Assembly: GCF_009914755.1 (NCBI RefSeq)
Contig: NC_060946.1
Direction: 5' to 3' (one strand)
Source: the human T2T-CHM13v2.0 reference genome, Homo sapiens
Length of the DNA: 64,000 nt
Part shown: piece by piece, positions 54,635-64,000 of the stretch
How positions within the stretch are numbered: position 1 is the stretch's first letter
Layout: every line of letters starts with the position of its first letter
Position numbers and translations under genes: made by a program
Notes under the pieces: generated by a model
What the model saw: only the letters and a program-made list of their open reading frames with translations
Databases searched by the model: none
What the model was told of the DNA's origin: nothing

Positions 54635-56776
54635 CGCGCACCTCCCCAGCCTCCTCGAGACTTGTGCTGCAGGAGGGAGGTGAAGTCGCCGCCAGGAGCG
54701 TGACCACGCTGGACCGTGTCTGCTGCCTCCCCGGGAGTCGCAAGTGCCCACAGGACAAGCAGGGGAAGCAAACTGGGCCCCTGGCTTCTGGGAAGACAGC
54801 ATGAGGGCAGACCAAGGAAAGGCAGCCGAGACCAGCAGACCTGCAAGGGATCTCGGAGGCTCTCAGGCCCAGCTGCTTGCTGAATAGGTAATGATGCATC
54901 TGGGCCCAGAGAGAGGCAGCTCTCAGCCTTAGGTCACACAGCAGGGCAGGAGTGTGAACTCTGGCCTCCAGCCTCCGAGGTCCCCTCATCCCACCTAACC
55001 CCCAGACTCAGAGAAGGACACTCCACCCAAGCAATTTCTCACCTTCCCCTTAATTGGTACAGATCAGAAACGGGAGCACCTCCTTCTCCTGGCCCCCACG
55101 TTTAGGGTTCCCAGGACAGCCTCCGACCCACCCTCTGCCCCTCCTGTATCCCTTTCCTCGGCCCTGGGTGACAGCACCCCTGCCCAGACCAGCTCTGACT
55201 GCCTCCAAGTGCCAAGCGCTCACAGTCCTCTACCCCCAGCCCCAGCCGGCACCCTCAGTCTCGTCCCACCGTCTCTCTGCCTCCTGAGTCCCTCCCTGAG
55301 TCCCATGCCCTCTGCCCCAGCGACTGCCCTTGTAAAGTGAAAATCCGACCCCACCCAACATTTCCTGCTGCACTTATGCAGTATCCAGGCCTCCTCGCCA
55401 TGGAAAGCCCAGGCCTGCGGCCTCTCTGGCTTCTTCTCTCCCTTGCCCCACTGCCCCTGGCTGTCTGGCAGTTCCTGGAAGTCTCCAAGCTCTTCCCTGC
55501 CTCGAGCCCCTGCCCACGTTCTCTCTGCCCCAGGCCTCAGCCTGCGGTCACTTTCTCAGGGCAGCTTTCCCAGCACCCCGTGCATCTAAAGTGGATGCTG
55601 CCCTGCCCATCACTGGATCAGGTGCTCATATTCCTAATTGACTGGGCATAGGTGGGAGGATTTGCCTGGTGTCTGTCTTCCTGGCTGGACTGCGGTGCCT
55701 CAAGGCCACAGGTGAAGTGCATGGAGTCCCACAGCTTCTCTGAGCCTAAAGCTTTGTGTGACAAATGCATTCAAACTGCATTTATTGAAAGATGGGAAGC
55801 AAGGGAGGAAGGGAAGGGGTGCGGGAGGGAGGGAGGACAATCTTGGTGTTGGGCTGAGGTGGTGTCTGTCCCCTTTGCATGAGTTCAGTAAGGATTTACT
55901 GAGCACCTGCTGGCAGCAGCATGCTGGGCACTGTGGGAATGACAAGGATGTGTGGGATTTGAACTCTAACTCAGAGTACCTTCTCTTGGTATGGAGGTAG
56001 GACAAGTATGCAAATGATTATAACTAAGGAAATCGTGTCAATGTGGTGACCCTTGGCCTGAACTTTCAGAACAGTCCTGGTATCACGTGAGAAGAGTAAA
56101 TACATGTGATTTGATTCTAAACTGGCTAAGACGTTATTAAAGAAAGTAACAAGACAGAAAAAATACTTTTTCAGGCTGTCTGTGCAGTTTTGTCTTTAGA
56201 AAATGTGGTCATAATGAGTATGAGAGGCATAGAGCGTGCCCAGTTTGAAACGCCTGCAAATGACAAAACACAAAAACACAAACCCAAAAATAGAACGTGG
56301 CTTGGCTGGAGCCATAGGGGAGGCTCCAGAGGATGTGGCATCGGTGCTGTGGGCAGTGGATCATTGTGCAAAGGCAGTGAGGGCTGGGTCCCCATCCCAC
56401 CTTGGCCACTTCCTAGCTGTGTGATCTTGGATAAGTTCCTTTACCTCTCTGAGCCTGTTTCTGCATCTGAAACATGCGACTACTCCCCACCTCTTAGGTT
56501 CATGGGGATGGCATGAGATTGTGCACACAGAGAAGCCATCACCCACAGTTCCTGGCATGCAGGAGGCACCTGAGGAAGGCTGGGTTCTTCCTCTTCTCTG
56601 GGAGGATGGGGATGAGTGTTCCATAGGCCGGAATGGGTCGAGAGAAAGGGCCCAAGACAGAGGGAGCTGCAAGAGCCAAGGCACAGACTAGGTGGCTGAA
56701 GGCAGTTGGGGAACAACAATTATCACCAGAGCCTAATATTTCCCCAGCTCCATCTCCTTCCCTCCACGCCCAGTGC

Positions 56777-57358
56777 CAGAGGGGCACTGCTTATATAGGG
56801 GTTCTGCTTACAGAGGGGTTCTTGCTTACAGAGGGGTTCTGTTTACAGAGGGATGCTGTTTACAGAGGGGTTATTGCTTACAGAGGGGTTCTCGCTTACA
56901 GAGGGGTCCTTGTTTACAGAGGGATGCTGTTTACAGAGGGGTTCTTGTTTACAGAGGAGTTCTGTTTACAGAAGGGTTCTTGTTTTCAGAGGGGTTCTTG
57001 CTTACAGAGGGGTTCTGTTTACAGAAGGATTCTTGTTTTCAGAGGGGTTCTTGCTTACAGATGGATTCTGTTTACAGAGGGGTTCTTGCTTACAGAGAGG
57101 GGTTCTTACTTACAGAGGGGTTCTGTTTACAGAGGGGTTCCTGTTTTCAGAGGGGTTCTTGCTTACAGAGGGGTTCTGTTTACAGAGGGGTTCTTGCTTA
57201 CAGATGGATTCTGTTTACAGAGGGGTTCTTGTTTACACGTTTACAGAGGGGTTCTTGTTTACAGAGGGGTTCTTGCTTACACAGGGGTTCTGTTTACAGA
57301 GGGATTCTGTTTACAGAGGGTTCTTGCTTACACAGGGGTTCTGTTTACAGAGGGGTTC
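56777..57358. repeat. Minisatellite/VNTR, ~32 copies of a 17-18-bp unit TTCT(T)G(C/T)TTACAGAGGGG
   Basis: Read directly; produces repetitive ORFs in all three + frames. Confidence 0.95.
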
Positions 57359-57979
57359 ATATTTGTTAGCGGGATGCTGCCATGTCATCCTTCACTCTGC
57401 ATCCAGAGCATCCTTGCACACAACTCTTCAGGGGCTCCCCACTGCCCTCAAGACCCTATCCAAGCATCCTGAGTCTGGCTTCAAGGCTGTCCCTAACTGG
57501 GCCCCCTCTTGAAGATCCCCCTTTGCATCCAATCCTCTGGCCACACAGAACGCAGAATCGCTTGCATGCCTCCCCCTCCTCCCAGGGTTTGCCCCCTCCC
57601 TGCCCTGCATGTGGCATCCTTCCTTTGCCTTCTTATCCCGCGGACTCATCATCCTTCAGGCCCCGGGTTCACATCCTCCGTGAAGCCTCCCAGGCCTTTA
57701 CCCTTGCTTTCTGATGGGGTTAGGTACCTGCCAGAGGCCTTCCTTCTCTCCCCAACTAAAGTGGGTGCTCCCCAAGGGCAGGAACTGAATCCCATTCATT
57801 CTGCATTTCTTTATGCTGCCTGGTATGTGCCTGGAGCATAGGAGGTGCTTAGTCATTGTGATGTGGATAGAAGGGTGGTTAATGGGTGAATGGAAAATGG
57901 ACTGATGGATGAACAGAAGAAGGATGAATGGGGGGATCATGGAGGGAATGATGGAGGGAGAGAAGGAATGATGGGGGAG

Positions 57980-58026
57980 AAGGAAGGAAGGAAGGAAGGA
58001 TGGATGGATGGATGGATGGATGGATG
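57980..58026. repeat. (GGAA)n-(GGAT)n simple repeat
   Basis: Read directly. Confidence 0.9.
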
Positions 58027-58692
58027 GATGGATGGATGGATGGATGAAGGGATGAACAGACAGACGGATGGACAGACAGTGGATATGGATGGACAGAATA
58101 ATAAGACTCTTTCAGGAAGGCCAGAACACGGCAGAAAGGCCCTGAAGAAAACCAAAGCAGCTGCAGGAAGTTTGGTGTTTGCCAAGGTTGGGGGTGAAAT
58201 GAGCTACCTGTTTTGCAGAAGAGATGGGGTGTGTTTTAGCAGCTGACATCACAGAAGGTGCAGGTCCCAAGACCTAACAGGAGAGCAGCTGAGAAGAGCA
58301 ACAGCTCCTCATAGACAGGGATGGACAAGCTAGGCCAGCAGCGGGGGGCAGACTCTGCACTGTCCCCGCTGCCCCCAGCCGTGGAGAGATGCGTGTCTGC
58401 CACAGGGGAAGCAGCGCCACCCAGGGGCTGGGGTAATGACAGGCGTGGCCTCTTGGGGGTGGACAGTCTAGAACCCAAGCCTCCATCCCTCTCTGTGGAG
58501 GCATCATGGGAGTCGACTTGCCCCTTCTGGCCACCTCTCAGTCCCAAGGGTGCCACATTTGGGGTTCTCCACCACGCAGTCACTGCTTGACGTGGCTCAT
58601 GGCCTCCCAGCCTCACTGCACGGGCCACACACACTTCCCTCAGTTCCTTTCCTCATTGTCTCCGCAAACACACAGATTCCTGCTGCCTTTAA

Positions 58693-59216
<524 letters not shown>

Positions 59217-62200
59217 TAATATTTATTGAGGAGCCCCTATGTGCCAAACCCTTTTTCTAGAGGCTTAGGACACAACAGTGAACAAAACAAAGACGCCTGC
59301 CCTTGTGACGCTTACAGTCTAGTGGGGAGTGGGGTGAGAAACAGACAATAAACATAAGGACTAAGTAAGTTTCATAGGAGGTTAAAAGATGAAAAACGCT
59401 ATCAGAAAAGAAAAAATGGGAGACAGAGAATCAGGAGCACAATTTTAAACAAGGCAGTCAGGGTAGATGGACCTCACCAGAAGGCGATGGGAAAATCTGA
59501 AGGAAGGAGGGAGCCAGGCAGAACTGGAGGAAGGATGAAAACTATGGAATGCTTCCTGAATATGCGAGGCAATTTATAACTCCCTGAAATGTGCCACATG
59601 ATTCCCAATGCATGCCTTTGCCTACGCTAGACTGCAAGCTCCACGTGAGAAGAGACTGCTTGACTTGTTCTCAGAAAGTATTTATGGGATTTATAGATGC
59701 AATTGTACAGAATAGAATGCTGCTCACAATCCTCTTCTTCACCTTTCCTCCTAGAAAACTCCTACACAGCCTTCAAGACCCAAACACATATGGGCAGAGT
59801 TGGTTGCTCCTCCTTTGAGCTCGCTACTCTTGCACCTTATATAAACCTCTTTTATAGCCCCAATACACTGTGTTTCCCTCATTTTACTGCGGGTCAGAGC
59901 TTTCCCCTGGGTTGAGAACCCGCAAGGGGATCTGACCTGTCTGAGCTATTTATGGATCCCCAGAGCTCCTGGGACAGATAGATGCTCGGCTGACGTTGTC
60001 AGGATTGAAATGACCTGTTACTGCTTTAATGCTCCCTCTCAAGTAGGTGGTTTGCATTTCTGGGACCTTTGGCACCTCAGTTGAGGCTCTCTGGTTGTGA
60101 GCAAGAAAACTCAACTATTAACTAAAGGTAAAGTAAAAAAAAAAAAAAAAAAAGTGATGTTGGGGATGGAGGCAAGGGGCTAGAGCCCCAACCAAACCTG
60201 CAGGAAGGAAAAGCCAGGGTAGCCCCAGCCCCTTGGCGCCCGCTGTGCTTGGGATCCCTGGCTGCACCTCCTAATGCACTCGGCTCCATCAGCTCCTGGC
60301 TGCGGTCCTGCTTCCCAAATCTGCAGAGCAGGACTCAAGCTGGCCCTGCTAGGGTTGGGGCCTCCCTTGGAGCCGTCAACCATCCAATAGGGCCCAGAAT
60401 GAGGTAGAGAGATGAGCCCAAGGGTGGGGTAAGGGGCTGAGGTTTTGGGGGTGGGCAGTGGCGAGGGGTCCCTGGAGAAGAGGGGAACTTGTGAGCCTGG
60501 GGCCACACCCAAAGTGCCTCCTTCACTGGGCCCAGCCCCCACCCAAGCCGCATTTCTAATGAAGGCTTTGTTTTGTAAGAATTTTTAAATGCTTTAACTA
60601 GAAATTGGCAAACTGCAACATCTGCCAATTTCTAGCAGTATATATCCTGCCACCATGACCCATTTCAAGCTAGCATCGTGATGTCTCTGAACCTGCGATC
60701 GGGAAGACATGCATGCAGTCGGCTCTGGTGCAAGCTGGCTCCAGCCACCATTGGCTGTGGGGCTGAGGGCACAAGCCTCCTCATAGACTCCTGTAAGGAG
60801 CCCTGCCCTGTCTTGAGAACCACCGAAAGAGCTAGAGAGTGTTTCCCATCCTCCAGCCATCCTCTGAGAAGTCATAGCTCAGGTCCTGGATGAGCCTCCC
60901 CTCTTTCCCAGGAACCATCCCTTCCTTCTGGTGTGGCCCACTGGACAAGATCGAATATCCCAGGTCCTGCAAAACCTGGCTCCTTCCGGCCTCTGGGTCT
61001 TTCTTTCAGTTCCTGGGAGGGGCTGAGCAGCCTCCTACCTCCTGGCCTTGACCCATATTGGCCCCTCCACCAGCTGTGCTATGTCTCTCATCTTTGGGTC
61101 TCAGCTGAACCACCTCTTCCTCAGAGAGGCCTTCCCTGACCACTTCTCCCTCCCAAATTTGCTTCTCCCTTGCCAGCACTTACCCCACGCTGAAGCCCTG
61201 CTGTGACTGTGTAATGTCTCTCTCCCCTATTAGACTGGAAGCCGCATGAGGGCAGGGACCATGTGGGGTTTTGGCTCACCACACTGTCCCCTGTGCTTAG
61301 CACAGGGCCAAGCCTATAGAATAGGAATCAATCCATAATTATTGATTGGGTAAACAAATGACACATGAAGGAAGGAAATTAATCAGTTTTTCTGTACTTC
61401 ACAGTTTCTTCTTCTGTAAAATAAATATAAGAAAGTGTCTACCTTAAAATAATTTTTAACATTTATAGAGCACCTCCTACGTACCAGTATTTTACATATA
61501 CTTACTCCTTTAATCCTCACAACAGCCCAGATAGTGTTACTATCATCCCCATTTTACAGGTGACAAAACTGAGGCACAGAGAGTTTCAGTGACCTCCCCT
61601 CATTTACTCAGATTTGAACCCAGGCAGTGCCTCCAGCAGCCTCAGCATTAACCACACACTAAACTGCCAGGGGGTGTTGGGGAGGGGTCCTGGAGGTGGT
61701 AGCTTTGGCGCTGCTGTAGCCCTGCTGCCCCAAGAGCTTGAAGCCTCGTGAGCAGAGCCAACTATTGCTAAACACTATAACCAGGGGACGCTCAGGGATC
61801 CAGCTGCCTCTCACATCTGGGAAGATTTCCTGGAACCAAGACACCCTGGCTGAGTCAGGCACCCGCATCTGACAATATGGCCAGAGAGCTTTTACGAAAT
61901 GTGAACCAACTGGACTCTCAACAGCTTCTCCCCACCCCACCCCAACCTGTGAGTGGGACTCTCATCTTGCCTGGGGCTCCAGCCCAGCCCCTCAGGGTTC
62001 AGGGGTAAATCTCACTTCCCCGAGGTTGGGTTAGGTATGGTTATGTGACCAGCTGTGGCCAATGAGAAGCGAGAAGAGGCTTTTGGACAGAAGAATCTCT
62101 GATTCTCTTTCACCCACCCTTGCCACATCCATGAAACGGAAGGGTTCGTCGCTGGGTTTTGAGACTTTTTTCCATGAAGCTGAAGGCCAAGGGAGCTGAA

Positions 62201-62239
62201 AGCCTTGCCACTGAATGCTGAAACAACCTTCACTGGCTA

Positions 62240-62710
62240 CTTTAGAGATAACATTCATAGGTCACCATGGTAATGGTGGCTTCGGTTGTTTTTCAGGAAT
62301 TGGGCCAGCTGAAACCAGTTGAGACCCTTCAGCTGGGGAACCGTATATGTGCCCAAGAGATGGCCATTTGATATTGGAGGACCAAAAGCACCACGCTCAG
62401 ATCAGGCCAATGCATCTGTTTTCTGTATGTGTCCTATGAAATGCCATGAACCCCAACTATGCTTGTACAGAACAAACCGGTTACGTCATTCTTCCCCACT
62501 GCCAATCACCTGTCCCCACACCTTAGATCACCCCACTTCTCTAACCCATTCATATCCCTAAACCTTGTCTTTGGGGAGGCAGATTTGAACGCTGTTCTCC
62601 CACCTCCTTGCTTGGCAGGCTTGTGAATCAATCTTTTCTCTTTTGCAAATCCCAAGTCACAGCGATTGGCTGCACACTGGCAGAACAGATTGGGACCTGG
62701 CGGGTGATAC
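62240..62710 (+). mobile_element. ERV1-class solo LTR (LTR47/MER72-like; family uncertain)
   Basis: ccaatca...ggggaggcagatttga...ctcccacctccttgcttggc...gattggc, typical of ERV1 LTR R/U5 regions. Confidence 0.5.
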
Positions 62711-62794
62711 CCAGATATGACACCTGGACCCAGAACAGAAATCTCATGGCCACCATCTTGAGACTGCCATCCTGTGGCCCTGAGGGAAGCTGGC

Positions 62795-63176
62795 TGTATT
62801 AGTTCGTTCTCACACTGCTATGAAGAACTGCCTGAGGCTGGATAATTTAGAAAGGAAAGAGGTTTAATTGACTCACGGTTCCACATGGCTGGGGAGGCCT
62901 CAGGAAACTTACAATCGTGGTGGAAGGCGAAGGGGAAGCAAGGCACCTTCACATGCTGGCAGGAGAGCGAAGTGCAGAGTGAAGGGGGAAGGGTCCCTTA
63001 TACAACCATCAAAACTCGTGAGAACTCACTCACTATCACGAGAAAAGCATGAGGGTGACCGCCTTCATGATCTAATCGCCTCTCACCAGGTGCCTTCCCC
63101 AACATGTGGGGATTGCAATTTGGATTACAATTCAAGATGAGATTTGGGTGGGGACACAGAGCCAGATCATACATCA
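62795..63176 (-). mobile_element. THE1D-type MaLR solo LTR; alternative (placental) IL2RB promoter and first exon
   Basis: Minus strand runs TGATG..CTCTGTGTCCCCACCCAAATCTCATC...ACTAATACA. Near-perfect TSD ctggc/ttggc, TATAA at 62998-63002, donor GATT|GTAAGT at 62912. Same strand as IL2RB, ~25 kb upstream. Confidence 0.88.
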
Positions 63177-64000
63177 TTGGCCTAAGGGCAAATCTGTTGT
63201 GCTGAGAATGGAGATATGGGGCAGACCCAGGTCCTTAGCGAGCTGCTGAGCTGCTCAGCTGCTGAATTGACGGACCCTGAGCCGCCCTGCCTGGGACTTA
63301 GGGTTACTTTTCTCTCTTGCTGCTTTGGGTTGAATATGTGTACCTTGCACCCAAAAGCATCTTAACAAATACAGAGGCTACGAGGCAAAAAGCAGAGGGG
63401 GAAAGGGAGACTTCTGCACGTTCTTAGGTTTCAGAACAAGGAGAGCCCCACCAGAAGCTTTGGGAGAGGTTGCCTTGAGCCCTCTCCCGACACTCAGAGG
63501 AGCTCAGATGAGCTCAAGGAGCGTCATCCCTGGGTGACGGGGTGGGGAGGTGCAGAGGGGAAACAAGAGATGAGTTAGGATTGGGATTCCTGGCCAAAGT
63601 GATCCTGTCTCCTCCTTCCCAGGCAGACCCCCAACAGGTTTGGGACATCCGAGCTTCAGAGGAGCCATTCTTCTCTTCCTGGGCAAAACCCTAGAAAGGC
63701 AGCTGAGACCCCAGGGAAGAAATGGCCCCAGGGTGTATCCGGGCAGATAGGGCTGGGTGAGACAGCCCTCAGAGAGGCAAGGAACTTGTGTACAGGAAGC
63801 ACCCAGGTGTCCCAAGAGGGATGAGGACCCGGGAGGCGCTGTGGGAGTGAGCATGAATCAGGAGGTATGGGAGTGGGACCCGGAGCCCAGAGCAGATGGG
63901 ACATTGCCAAACTCGCAGAGGAAACGTGGACATGGAGTGCCCCAGCTCCTCCCTGCTGGCAGGGAGGGGCACTTAGATGCAGCCGCAGGGAAATATCGGG

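Larger units (their letters stand above)
62040..63373 (+). mobile_element. Old MLT1 LTR fragmented by later LTR insertions
   Basis: MLT1 pieces tgtgaccagctgtggccaatgaga (62045), gccatcctgtggccctgaggg (62766) and terminus caaaagcatcttaacaaataca (63373). Confidence 0.6.

Noticed and set aside
49400-57358. Tandem arrays as CRISPR-like loci
   Set aside because: No unique spacers, no cas genes, and a mammalian context.
56633-57512. Three long overlapping ORFs (279, 198, 219 aa)
   Set aside because: They are translations of the 17-18-bp VNTR, which lacks stops on the + strand; there is no gene structure.

Overview
Primate (almost certainly human, chr22q12.3) genomic DNA holding the complete IL2RB gene (IL-2/IL-15 receptor beta, CD122) on the minus strand. 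It has a non-coding exon 1 (~37748-37845) and nine coding exons (32095 down to 16031) that splice at GT-AG junctions into a 1656-nt, 551-aa ORF, plus a ~2.25-kb 3' UTR with AATAAA at 13808-13813. A TATA-less ETS/Egr-1/Sp1 promoter with a (CA)24 tract is bounded ~510 bp upstream by an L1MA insertion. About 25 kb upstream a same-strand THE1D-type LTR keeps a TATA box and splice donor, matching the known placental alternative promoter. The rest is Alu/MLT1/THE1/MIR/DNA-transposon-rich intronic and intergenic DNA, and nearly all other ORF-track entries are artefacts. I found no wholly new gene system. The best leads are (1) a spliced 33-codon uORF whose stop overlaps the IL2RB start codon (TAATG) and which the LTR promoter would bypass, (2) an LTR-derived minisatellite that multiplies an E-box-N10/11-CCAAT composite, (3) a VNTR with ~16 forkhead TGTTTAC cores, (4) splice routes to a TM-less receptor and (5) an unexplained diverged ~200-bp duplication.
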